Below are positions 21,487 through 30,999 of a stretch of 64,000 nt of DNA, piece after piece; position 1 is the stretch's first letter; each line of letters opens with the position of its first letter. Source of the DNA: an uncultured Gammaproteobacteria bacterium (lineage in GTDB: Bacteria; Pseudomonadota; Gammaproteobacteria; JAURND01); the NCBI GenBank assembly GCA_963714975.1, contig CAVQQD010000002.1:1088001-1152000 (forward strand). The letters are read 5' to 3'. The translations under genes were made by a program, and so were the position numbers. The notes beneath the pieces were generated by a model. The model was not told the DNA's origin. It worked only from the letters and a program-made list of their open reading frames with translations, and did not search any database.

Positions 21487-24400
21487 GTTAAAACCTCACT
21501 GGAATAGGTGGAAGGGGATAAATAGTAATATTTAGCACATTCAGCAAAGTCAGCGTGCTTTTGAGAAAAATTTTGGCCATGCTCTAATGAAGATAAACAT
21601 TCGTCCATAACTTTAGCCAAAAATTTCACGTTTGGTTCCTGAAACATACTTTCATGACCTCCAGGGACTAAATAAAGCTCTATTGGAAATGGGGAATATT
21701 GTTCCCAATGATTATATAGTCCGTCAATATTCTTAAATATTTCTACTGTAACAGTTGCTTTAAATAGGGTCAATTTCGTATTTAAGAAAGGTGTTTTATA
21801 AGCTCTAAACATTTGAGACCTATGCCACTGTAAAGCAAGTAAATGTTCGGCATTTGAAATTCCTTTGGCCTGAAATTTATTTTTCATTGCATTATACTGA
21901 CGTCGCATATTAGCCTCAAAAAAAGCGCGCTCTTCTAACATTTGAGGGAAAGCTGCCCAGCCATCTAACAAACCAACAAAACCCACTTCCTCTCCTAATA
22001 TTTGCAATTGTTTTGCAATTTCTACACTGATATTGGCGCCACCCGAAGCTCCAGCAATTAAATAAGGCCCATGTTTTTGGACAGAACGAATAATACTAAT
22101 ATAATAAGTAGCCATTTCCTCAACGGTATTAAATATTATATTTTTTGTATCAATGCTTGGGTCTTGAATGGCATATATTGGACGACCTTGCTGCATATAA
22201 TGAGAAAGAGAAATATACCAAAATACAGTTCCACCCACTGGGTGAATTAGAAACAATGGATTATTATTCTCTCCTGATCGCAGTGAAATTAAGCATCTGT
22301 GTTTTTGGTCTAAATCTTGATGAAGCACTTTTTCAAGAAGTTTTCTTTCTTGGGATGCGGTGCTGATTAATTCCGCCATACGAATAACTGTTGGCTCAAT
22401 CAAAAAATCCCGTATTACCAATTCCACATTAAAAATTTTTTGAATCCAGGATAAAATCTGCAATATCGACAGTGAATTTCCTCCCAATTCAAAAAAATTA
22501 TCACGAATGCCAATAGGTTTCTTTGTTTGGAGTACCTTTTTCCATAGATGAATAATATTCTTTTCCTCTTTCGATCGCGGGGGTTCAAAGACTCTATGAC
22601 ACCGATCTCCATGAACATGACTAGGTAACCCTTCTTTGTCAATTTTCCCATTTTTAGTTAATGGAAATTTTTCTATAAAAACAAATAACTTAGGAGTCAT
22701 GTACTCAGGCAAACATCGATTCATTGATCTGTACAACTCTTGTGCATTTAATGTTTTATTCTTCTTAATAACATAAGCAACTAACTGTTTATATTTGTAG
22801 ATATTTTTTACTAGTACCACAGCATTAACAACGAATGGATGAGATTTTATCATTCGCTCCACTTCTCCTAACTCAATACGAAAACCTCGGATTTTGACTT
22901 GACTATCCACACGCCCCATAAATTCTAACATGCCACCTGGAGACCAACGAACCAAATCACCTGTCTTATATAATTTCAGAACATTATTTTGTATTTTGAC
23001 AAAATTAAAATATTTTTTCGAAAGAGCGCCATTATTTAAATAACCTCGCGCCAATCCATAACCACCTATATATAATTCACCAATCACTCCAATAGGGACA
23101 GGTTGTAAATGTTGATTCAAAACATAAAGTGAAACGTTGTTTATTGCTTTACCAATAAAACAACGCTCATCCTGAAAATCACAAAAAGCCATTGTGGCAC
23201 AAACCGAAGCCTCTGTGGGACCATAAGCATTAACTAGATGATGTCTTTTTTTGGACCATTGTTTCATTAATTGTATTGAACAAGCTTCTCCAGCAACAAT
23301 TATAGTCTTTAGATAAGGATAATCTATAAATGAAACTGTTTCTAAGATAGAAGGTGGCAGGGTTACAACAGAAATTTCATTTTCCTTGATAGTGTTACTT
23401 AAGATATTTCCAGGTAATAACTGGTTTTTTTCTGTCATAACTAAATTAGCACCAATTAATAATGCAGTGTAAATTTCCCATACAGAAGCGTCAAAACCAC
23501 ACGAAGCAAATTGCAAAATTTTATCATGTTCTGTTAGGTCAAGTTGTTTGATGGCTGAGCTTATGGTGTTAGTGATACCTAAGTGAGATATCATTACCCC
23601 TTTTGGATTGCCAGTTGATCCAGAGGTATAAACAACGTACGCTAAGTCGTTTTTGTTTATCGTGGTAAGCAAATTATTCTTGCATTTTGTTTCAATATCA
23701 GGTTGCACTAAGTTGATACTAATGCAGACTGGTTTAAAGATTAATTTATTAAAAATTGGCTTTATCCTATTGATTAAATGATTTTGAGTGATTAAAAACT
23801 TAGTTTTACAATCATTTAAAATATATTCAATTCTTTGTAATGGATTAGAAGAATCTATTGGTAAATATGCCGCGCCTATTTTAATTACTGCTAACATGGC
23901 AATGACAATTTCAAATCCGGGGTCAATAGTTAGAGCGAATAAAGTATCAGCAACATTCTCTGTGTGATAATGAATTCTAAGTTGCTCTTGCAGATAATGC
24001 GCAAGCTGATTCGCTTTAGAGTTTAGTGTTGAATAAGTCATACTCTTACTCTGAAAAAAAATGGCATTATTATCAGGTGTTTGTTGAACTTGATATTCAA
24101 ACCAATCTTTTATGTTTTCATACTTTAATATCTCACGATTTTGGTTCCATTTAATTAAAATCTGGTTTTGCTCTTCGGCAGATAAAATATTTAAATTAAA
24201 AACAGACTCATGAGGCTTTATTAAACCTTCCTCAATTAGGTTCTGGAAATGTTCAACAAGTTGAGTTAACATAGTATGATTAATGCGACTAGCATCATAC
24301 GCAAATTTAAGAGAAATTTTTTCCTGAGGGATTACCGCTAAAGTAAGCGCGTAGTGGGTAGGGTCATAAATTTCAATTTCATCGAAAGATGTGCCTAAAC

Positions 24401-27400
24401 CAGATAAATTTCCTATAGGATAATTTTCAACAACAAGTAACGTTTCAAATAGTTCGTGGGAAGCTGACTTCGGTTTATTGGCAATCCATTCCTGAATATC
24501 ACTGAGCGAAGCATAGCTATGATCTAATATACCAAACATGTTTTTTTGCGCAGTCTGCAAGTATTCCAATACACTCATCTCCTTGGTGTAGTTAAGTCTA
24601 ACGGGCAAGGTATTAATGAGCAACCCTAACATCTTATTTACATCATTTATTTCGGCAGGTCGCAAGGAAATTGTGGTGCCGAATAGAATGTCATCCGCCT
24701 GTGTATATCGGTGTAACAATAATCCCCAAATTGATTGGAAAAATGCGCTTAAAGTAAGCTTGTATGTTTTTAAAAAACTTCTAATGGAATGAGATAATGA
24801 ATTCCCAAGATCAACTTCCTTGAGACAATACTTGATGGAATGAGATTGGTTTTGAGGAAATAATATTCCCACCTGACTTAACAATCCTGGATTAATACTA
24901 ATATTCTTTAAATAATCCTGCCAAAATTGCCGGGCTTTAAACCGATTTTGTCGTTGCAGCCAATGGACATAATCTAAGTATTTGGGTGATGGTTCCCATG
25001 TCAAAATTTTATTGTCCCCCAGAGCAGAATAACGAGCGGCAAGCTCATTCAGTAACAGTGACATGGACCAACCATCCAGAATACAATGATGAAAAGTGAA
25101 AACAAGTATTGAACTTTCAGGAGAGGTTCGAATTAAAACAGCACGCAATAAAGGCAATTTATCCAGGGAAAAAGAAGCTTCTCTGTCGGCTTGGAGAAAA
25201 TCATGGAGACGCTTTTGGTGTTCCTGCTCAGGAACCTCGGTCCAATCATATTCTTGCCACAGAAAATTACAGTGCTGTTCTACCACTTGTAACGCTTCGC
25301 TAACATTTTCCCATACAAAGCGAGTTCGTAAACTCTCGTGCCGAGCAATGATCTCAGATAATGTTTTCTGCAAGAAGGGTGTATTAATAAGCTGGTTGAT
25401 TTTCCAACTGTATTGGGCGATATAGGCTCCTGAATCCTGCGAAGAAATTGATTGGAAAAGTATGCCTTTTTGTAGAGGAGTTAATGGGAAAGAAAAGTTT
25501 TCTGGTTGCTTGCGGGGGAAATTGGCTATAAAACGTGTAATTTCATCACGATAACTTGTGGCCATTCCATGTATTGTTTTTGCACTGTGTAAATTGTTGC
25601 TGTATTCCCAATAAACATGCAATCGCTGGTGTTTTATCATAGCTTCAATACTAATAACATGTGTCCGTAAATTTTTGGCATAAGAAACAGGCTTAATCCA
25701 TTGTAATTGCAGCGGACTGCCTTGAGCAAAGACTTGATCAAACCTCCCCCAATAATTAAAACTGATCTCCTGAGAGTATTTTTTTGGTTTCCTTTTTTTA
25801 TTTAGATAGCGGAAAACTCCATAATCAATTCCATCATTGGGGATAGAGCCTAGCTCTTGTTTAATCTCTTCAAGATTCTTCATAAAATCATGTGATTGAT
25901 CATAATGCAGTTTTACTGGAAACAAACTGGTAAACCATCCCATAGTTTGTGAGTAATTTGAACCAAGGACTTCGGATCGTCCATGAGACTCCAGGTCGAT
26001 TGAAAATTCTATTGCTCCAATCCATTCTGAAACCACTTTAGCTAAAGCGGTCAATAATATTTCATGAACACGAGTATTATTCTGCTGGGCAATTTGAGTC
26101 AGTAGCTTGGTTTCTGCACTGGTAAAGCTGATTTCAACGCAACAGGTAGTATCGTACAGGTTTTCTCCAAGGTTAAAATCTTTTGGGATTGTGACTTGCT
26201 GATCCTCTATAGCCTTCCAATAGGACCCTAATTTATGGTTTTTATTTTGATAAACATATCCTTGTAATGATTGAGACCAAGATTTAAAACTTGAACCCAG
26301 CAAGCCTTGAACTGTACTCTTGGTTACATGGGCCGAATAAATTTTCTCCATATCTTCCAGAAGAACCCGCCAAGAGACGCCATCAATCAGTAAATGGTGG
26401 ATCACGATCAATAGATAGGATTCCAACGCAGGGTTATTCTTGATTAAGTAAAACTTAGCTAAAGGGCCTTTGCGTAAATCAAAACCCAAATGGGCTTGAC
26501 GGATTAAGCCATCAACCACCTTGTCCCATTGCGCTTTATCAGCATTTTTGGCTTTGACCATTTCTATTAAATCCTCTGCTTGCAGGGGATGGTCGTCATA
26601 ATATTGAGTCCAGTGACTGCCAATTTTTTCAAAGCGCAATCTAAGCGTATGGTAGGTAGAAATTAATAGTTCGATCGATTTTCGTATTTTACTTAGATCT
26701 AGGTGGGGCGATAACTTTAGCAAACAGGCTTGACTAAATTGCTCTTTTTTTGCTAGTGGTAAATTAAAAAACCAATGCTGGATTGGGGTCAATGCTACCC
26801 GACCTTCGGGTTTGACGTCATGAATGGATTGTGCGGATAATTGCACCTTATCGGCCAACATCTCGATGCTAGAGTTTTCAAAAATTTGTCTTACTTGAAT
26901 CGTAATACCGTATTTCCTGGCCGCCGCACAAAGTTGCATCGCTACAATAGAGTCCCCACCCAAAGCAAAAAAGTCATCGGTGATTTTCACGGGGGTTTTA
27001 AATGTTTCCTCAAATATCTGTTTTAATAACGATAAAACTCCAGGTTGCAATGATTCTTGAAAATGCTTATCGCGTGAATAGGCTGGAGCATCCATTTTAT
27101 AGAAATATTCCGCCCATCGCGCAAGCTGTTTTTTATCTATTTTCCCATTTTTATTAAGTGGAATTTTATTGAGGGTATAAATTCGCTGCGGAATCATGTA
27201 AGAAGACAACCAGCTTTTTAGGGTGATTTTGAGTGATTCTGCATCATTAGTGTGATTAGGATCTTGGCTCAACACGACAAAGGCGATTAATTGCGTCTGG
27301 TTAAACGGGGTGTTATAGGTGATAACGACAGCTTGCTGGACGCCCTTGACCTTCGTTAACGATTTTTCGATTTCTCCTAACTCAATTCGAAAGCCACGAA

Positions 27401-29438
27401 GTTTAATTTGATCATCGATTCTGCCAATATATTCTAAATTGCCATCAGGCAACCATCTCACTAAGTCACCGGTTTTATATACATTGACCAGCTCAGAATG
27501 AATCGATAGGTTTAAAAATCGTTGCTGAGTTTCTTCGGGTAAATTTAAATAGCCACGCGCAATGCCCGACCCGCTCAGATACAATTCACCGACAGCGCCC
27601 AGAGGAATAGGCTTTTGAGTGTGATCTAAAACATAGACAGCACGGCTAGCTAAAGGCTTTCCAATATTAGAGCAGAGTAAATTCCAGGGCTCTTTTTCGG
27701 TACTCTTTAGAAACGTGGCATGGATCGTCGATTCGGTGATGCCGTACATATTGACTAGACAAGGCGTATCAAAACCATGGCGCGCAAACCAGCTGGACAG
27801 CGCTGGAAATGAAAGCTTTTCTCCACCAAAAATGACATAGCGTAATGCAAGTTTTTCCTGCTTCACTCGATCTATTTCAGCAAATTGATAAAATGCCGTA
27901 GGTGTTTGACTGAAGACGGTAATGCCTCGGCTAATCACCACCTCGTACAATGTTTCAGCAGATTGAATTACTTCCTTGGGCAGGATAATTAACGAGCCCC
28001 CGTGCAATAAAGCTCCAAAAATTTCCCACACGGAGAAATCGAAATTAAAGGCGTGGACACAACTCCAGACATCAGACTCATTAAATCCATAAATTTTCTG
28101 ACTTGAATGAAAAGTTGCAACAAGATTACCATGCTCCACTAAGACCCCTTTGGGCTTGCCCGTAGAACCGGAAGTGTAGATGACATTAGCAAGATCATGC
28201 TCAGCAATATCAAGGCTTACATTACTTACATTATTTTCAGTAATCGCAAAAATCTCTTCAATATTAATGACGTTATTATGCAGGCCTGAAAGTTCATTTC
28301 CCAATTGCACCGCAAATCGACAGCCAGTATCTTGCAGTATCCATTCGATTCTGGCGGAAGGAGACTCAGGATCAATCGGCACATAAGCACCCCCCGCTTT
28401 TAAAATCCCCAAAATCCCAATAATCATTTCGATACTGCGCTCCATGCAAATCGCGACTAAAGTTTCAGCTACCACCCCTTGCTGACGTAAGTAATGCGCG
28501 AGTTGATTGGCTTGTTGATTAAGCTCGCGATAGGTGAGTGATTGATTTTCAAAGCACACGGCGATTTTATTGGGATGTTTTTGAACTTGTTCTTCGAATA
28601 ATTGCGGAATGGTTTTATCGCGTGGATAGTCGATGTCAGTTTGATTCCAATCAATTAAGATTTGCTGCTGTTCTTGAGGTGTAAGTAGCGCTAAATCGGC
28701 AATGGAAGTTTCTGGTTGCGTGGTAATGGCGGTTAATAGAGTTTCTAAATGGCCAGGCATTTGTTGCAGGATGGTTTTTAAGTAGGGTTCTTGTGCTAAG
28801 CATTTTTGATCGACGTGCCAAGATAAACTACGATCTTTGGCAGATATCATCAACACCAAAGCAGCATGAGATTTTTGTAGCTGCTCGACTTCTCCCATAA
28901 CAACGGCAGTAAATACCGCTTGTTTGACTTCGGTTAAAGTTGGATAACGATAAAATATATCGGGTAAATAACTGCTTTTTTGCTGCATGGCCAGTAACTC
29001 AGCTTGTAATTGGGACACTACTTGGCCGAAGTGTAATCCGTCTTGTAAGGCAGTGAAATACGGTAGTTCTAAACTCGTCCTGGCATGGATGCCAGGATCC
29101 AGATCACTAGGATGTGAAGCCTTTTGACAAGGTAATTGCAGCAACACCCCTACTTTGGGTTGATTACCGAGACGATAGAGGTAGACGAGCCAGAGGGCTA
29201 ACAGCAAGGTGTTGAAATCATGAGTAGGGTAATGTTGGTGTAATAATTTTTGTAAAGGGGTGGGGAGGGATCCATTGTTGTAAATACCCCCTCTCCCTAA
29301 CCCTCTCCCACCTTCCCTCGCTAACGCTCGGGCGGGGGAGAGGGGACTGGAGACTTCCTTCTCCCCTTGTGGGAGAAGGTGCCCCTTCGACAGGCTCAGG
29401 GTAGGCTGGCGGATGAGGGGTGGGTTCTGCAAGTTCAC
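21483..29438 (-). CDS. Two-module NRPS: partial C-like - A(Thr-like) - T - E - C - A(Phe-like) - T - TE
   Basis: A cores YTSGSTGKPKG and YTSGSTGNPKG; T motifs LGGDS and LGGNS; E domain HHLLIDGVSW, ESHGR, GWFT; C domain HHCILDGWS; TE HPVGG and GASGG. The first ~52 codons are repeat-derived and the true start is uncertain. Confidence 0.9.
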   Translation of the reverse strand: MNLQNPPLIRQPTLSLSKGHLLPQGEKEVSSPLSPARALAREGGRGLGRGGIYNNGSLPTPLQKLLHQHYPTHDFNTLLLALWLVYLYRLGNQPKVGVLLQLPCQKASHPSDLDPGIHARTSLELPYFTALQDGLHFGQVVSQLQAELLAMQQKSSYLPDIFYRYPTLTEVKQAVFTAVVMGEVEQLQKSHAALVLMISAKDRSLSWHVDQKCLAQEPYLKTILQQMPGHLETLLTAITTQPETSIADLALLTPQEQQQILIDWNQTDIDYPRDKTIPQLFEEQVQKHPNKIAVCFENQSLTYRELNQQANQLAHYLRQQGVVAETLVAICMERSIEMIIGILGILKAGGAYVPIDPESPSARIEWILQDTGCRFAVQLGNELSGLHNNVINIEEIFAITENNVSNVSLDIAEHDLANVIYTSGSTGKPKGVLVEHGNLVATFHSSQKIYGFNESDVWSCVHAFNFDFSVWEIFGALLHGGSLIILPKEVIQSAETLYEVVISRGITVFSQTPTAFYQFAEIDRVKQEKLALRYVIFGGEKLSFPALSSWFARHGFDTPCLVNMYGITESTIHATFLKSTEKEPWNLLCSNIGKPLASRAVYVLDHTQKPIPLGAVGELYLSGSGIARGYLNLPEETQQRFLNLSIHSELVNVYKTGDLVRWLPDGNLEYIGRIDDQIKLRGFRIELGEIEKSLTKVKGVQQAVVITYNTPFNQTQLIAFVVLSQDPNHTNDAESLKITLKSWLSSYMIPQRIYTLNKIPLNKNGKIDKKQLARWAEYFYKMDAPAYSRDKHFQESLQPGVLSLLKQIFEETFKTPVKITDDFFALGGDSIVAMQLCAAARKYGITIQVRQIFENSSIEMLADKVQLSAQSIHDVKPEGRVALTPIQHWFFNLPLAKKEQFSQACLLKLSPHLDLSKIRKSIELLISTYHTLRLRFEKIGSHWTQYYDDHPLQAEDLIEMVKAKNADKAQWDKVVDGLIRQAHLGFDLRKGPLAKFYLIKNNPALESYLLIVIHHLLIDGVSWRVLLEDMEKIYSAHVTKSTVQGLLGSSFKSWSQSLQGYVYQNKNHKLGSYWKAIEDQQVTIPKDFNLGENLYDTTCCVEISFTSAETKLLTQIAQQNNTRVHEILLTALAKVVSEWIGAIEFSIDLESHGRSEVLGSNYSQTMGWFTSLFPVKLHYDQSHDFMKNLEEIKQELGSIPNDGIDYGVFRYLNKKRKPKKYSQEISFNYWGRFDQVFAQGSPLQLQWIKPVSYAKNLRTHVISIEAMIKHQRLHVYWEYSNNLHSAKTIHGMATSYRDEITRFIANFPRKQPENFSFPLTPLQKGILFQSISSQDSGAYIAQYSWKINQLINTPFLQKTLSEIIARHESLRTRFVWENVSEALQVVEQHCNFLWQEYDWTEVPEQEHQKRLHDFLQADREASFSLDKLPLLRAVLIRTSPESSILVFTFHHCILDGWSMSLLLNELAARYSALGDNKILTWEPSPKYLDYVHWLQRQNRFKARQFWQDYLKNISINPGLLSQVGILFPQNQSHSIKYCLKEVDLGNSLSHSIRSFLKTYKLTLSAFFQSIWGLLLHRYTQADDILFGTTISLRPAEINDVNKMLGLLINTLPVRLNYTKEMSVLEYLQTAQKNMFGILDHSYASLSDIQEWIANKPKSASHELFETLLVVENYPIGNLSGLGTSFDEIEIYDPTHYALTLAVIPQEKISLKFAYDASRINHTMLTQLVEHFQNLIEEGLIKPHESVFNLNILSAEEQNQILIKWNQNREILKYENIKDWFEYQVQQTPDNNAIFFQSKSMTYSTLNSKANQLAHYLQEQLRIHYHTENVADTLFALTIDPGFEIVIAMLAVIKIGAAYLPIDSSNPLQRIEYILNDCKTKFLITQNHLINRIKPIFNKLIFKPVCISINLVQPDIETKCKNNLLTTINKNDLAYVVYTSGSTGNPKGVMISHLGITNTISSAIKQLDLTEHDKILQFASCGFDASVWEIYTALLIGANLVMTEKNQLLPGNILSNTIKENEISVVTLPPSILETVSFIDYPYLKTIIVAGEACSIQLMKQWSKKRHHLVNAYGPTEASVCATMAFCDFQDERCFIGKAINNVSLYVLNQHLQPVPIGVIGELYIGGYGLARGYLNNGALSKKYFNFVKIQNNVLKLYKTGDLVRWSPGGMLEFMGRVDSQVKIRGFRIELGEVERMIKSHPFVVNAVVLVKNIYKYKQLVAYVIKKNKTLNAQELYRSMNRCLPEYMTPKLFVFIEKFPLTKNGKIDKEGLPSHVHGDRCHRVFEPPRSKEEKNIIHLWKKVLQTKKPIGIRDNFFELGGNSLSILQILSWIQKIFNVELVIRDFLIEPTVIRMAELISTASQERKLLEKVLHQDLDQKHRCLISLRSGENNNPLFLIHPVGGTVFWYISLSHYMQQGRPIYAIQDPSIDTKNIIFNTVEEMATYYISIIRSVQKHGPYLIAGASGGANISVEIAKQLQILGEEVGFVGLLDGWAAFPQMLEERAFFEANMRRQYNAMKNKFQAKGISNAEHLLALQWHRSQMFRAYKTPFLNTKLTLFKATVTVEIFKNIDGLYNHWEQYSPFPIELYLVPGGHESMFQEPNVKFLAKVMDECLSSLEHGQNFSQKHADFAECAKYYYLSPSTYSSEVLT
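29076..29118. repeat. Palindromic element in frame within the NRPS (encodes SHPSDLDPGIHART)
   Basis: Hairpin TCCTGGC-ATGGAT-GCCAGGA followed by TCCAGATCACTAGGATGTGAA; the CATGGATG loop core also occurs at ~41445. Confidence 0.55.
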
Positions 29439-29729
29439 CCCTCATCCGGCCTGCGGCCACCTTCTCCCACAAGGGGAGAAGGAATGAGGACTTATTTTCG
29501 CGGTGATTAAAATTCAGGAAGGGAATTTTGGCAGGCTCTATGGATTGCCATTGGGAAACCCAGTAGGCTTCATCGCCTCCTTCGCTCCAGCATAATCCTT
29601 CGACCTTATTCCTTCTCCCCTTGTGGGAGAAGGTGGCCGCAGGCCGGATGAGGGGTGAACCATCCAAGCTCCCCCTCTCCCTAACCCTCTCCCACCTTCC
29701 CTCGCTGACGCTCGGGCGGGGAGAGGGGA
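29287..29729. repeat. Cluster of five palindromic repeats (B, A-rev, A-fwd, A-rev, B) at the formyltransferase/NRPS junction
   Basis: Copies at ~29287-29346, 29357-29420, 29436-29482, 29611-29657 and 29671-29729. Confidence 0.9.
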
Positions 29730-30635
29730 TAAAGACACTGCATCACCTTCTAAGGTACAAATCTGCCGAATGGCAATGTCGTAACTAGCAGTTGCAACGC
29801 GCCAATAATCCGCAGTAGCAGCAACGATTGTTCCAGGAGCTGCAGTCGATGGCTCGGGTAATAGTTCTAATTGAGTGATAATAAATTCATCTTCCCAGCT
29901 TCTTTGCTGGGATGACAACTTAAATTTCGGACAAGTAAAACGATTAGGATAAGAGCCAAATTGAGTAGCACGAAATAATCGCTCAATAGCTTCGGCACTG
30001 GCATTCCAATCAATCCAGCCATCGCCAGCAGGTTTTTGATGCAGGCCAAAATAGCTACGTTGACTTAAATCTTGAGGCTGGCATTGGTAACTGTGCTTCG
30101 CCAAAAATTGCACTAAATCCGGGAAGCTTTGCAGCGCGGCTTCGTAGCATTTGAGGTTTAAACTCAATGCGGTTTCATCTTCAGTAATCGGCACCATTAC
30201 TTGCTGCAAAATATCACCGGCATCGACAGTTTCAGTAGCTACATGCCAAGTAATGCCATGGGTCTGTTCTTGATTTAAGATCGCCCAAGAAGTGGCATGA
30301 ACTCCGGCATAACGGGGTAACGGTGCATCATGAAAATTAATCGCCAATTGCCGAGGCAGATTGAGTATCGCCGCAGGCAAAATCTGCGCATTGACGATGC
30401 TAAATAAATAATCAAAGGGAGTTTTGTTGAGTGCTTCCTCGGCGGCTGCTAGAGAGACATAGTGAGGAATTCTCTGTTGCAAGGCCCATAGTTCTGCGGT
30501 TTCATACGCAGAAATAATACCTAGTATTTGCTGTCCTTGTTGTTGGATAATTTTGGCACATTCCAGATGGAGATTATCCTCTCCAATGATAAAACAAGTG
30601 AAAGTATCGGGAGACATAGAATTGAATGACTTCAC
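29538..30635 (-). CDS. Formyltransferase (NRPS formylation-domain type), separated from the downstream NRPS
   Basis: INFHDAPLPRYAG and HGITWH...VDAGDI give the N/H/D catalytic motifs; FMT C-terminal-like IDWNASA segment. The last ~60 aa are repeat-derived or out of frame. Confidence 0.88.
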   Translation of the reverse strand: MKSFNSMSPDTFTCFIIGEDNLHLECAKIIQQQGQQILGIISAYETAELWALQQRIPHYVSLAAAEEALNKTPFDYLFSIVNAQILPAAILNLPRQLAINFHDAPLPRYAGVHATSWAILNQEQTHGITWHVATETVDAGDILQQVMVPITEDETALSLNLKCYEAALQSFPDLVQFLAKHSYQCQPQDLSQRSYFGLHQKPAGDGWIDWNASAEAIERLFRATQFGSYPNRFTCPKFKLSSQQRSWEDEFIITQLELLPEPSTAAPGTIVAATADYWRVATASYDIAIRQICTLEGDAVSLSPLPARASAREGGRGLGRGGAWMVHPSSGLRPPSPTRGEGIRSKDYAGAKEAMKPTGFPNGNP

Positions 30636-30678
30636 GTTGGGGTTTTAAATTTTCCCTCCTTATTAAATTCCTAAAATT

Positions 30679-30839
30679 GTCATTCGAAGCAAGGCGAAGA
30701 ACCTCCCCTGGGCAAAATACCTGAATTTCAGGTATAAACCTAGATTCGGCAGTAGAAACCTACTGCCGAATCTAGGATAAAAAACTTCCCTGCTATGCTG
30801 CCACTTACAAAGGAGGCCCTTCAATTCGCTCAGAATAAC
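30679..30839. repeat. Nested repeat: outer GTCATTCGAAGC..GAAGAACCTCC / GGAGGCCCTTC..GCTCAGAATAAC element containing a 17-bp-arm perfect palindrome (30739-30776)
   Basis: CCTAGATTCGGCAGTAG-AAAC-CTACTGCCGAATCTAGG and ATACCTGAATTTCAGGTAT lie inside imperfect outer arms. Confidence 0.7.
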
Positions 30840-30999
30840 GATCGGTGGGCCGGTTGCACTTGCACCCTTACCTATCTAGGTCGACAGTTTACTAGCTTAA
30901 GGAAAAATTAACAAGTGTAGCAAAAGATTTATAAAAATATCCTCACAATGCTGCGTTAATGGGAAAGGATAGCCAATAGTAGCTCAAAAACCACTGCGG

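Noticed and set aside
29439-29540. Stop-codon readthrough (Pyl/Sec) joining the formyltransferase and NRPS
   Set aside because: There are three in-frame stops (TAG, TGA, TGA), and the conserved-looking peptide is in another frame.
29287-29729. CRISPR array or integron attC array
   Set aside because: The repeats are of mixed type and orientation with irregular spacing, the same units are dispersed genome-wide, and no cas or integrase gene is in the window.
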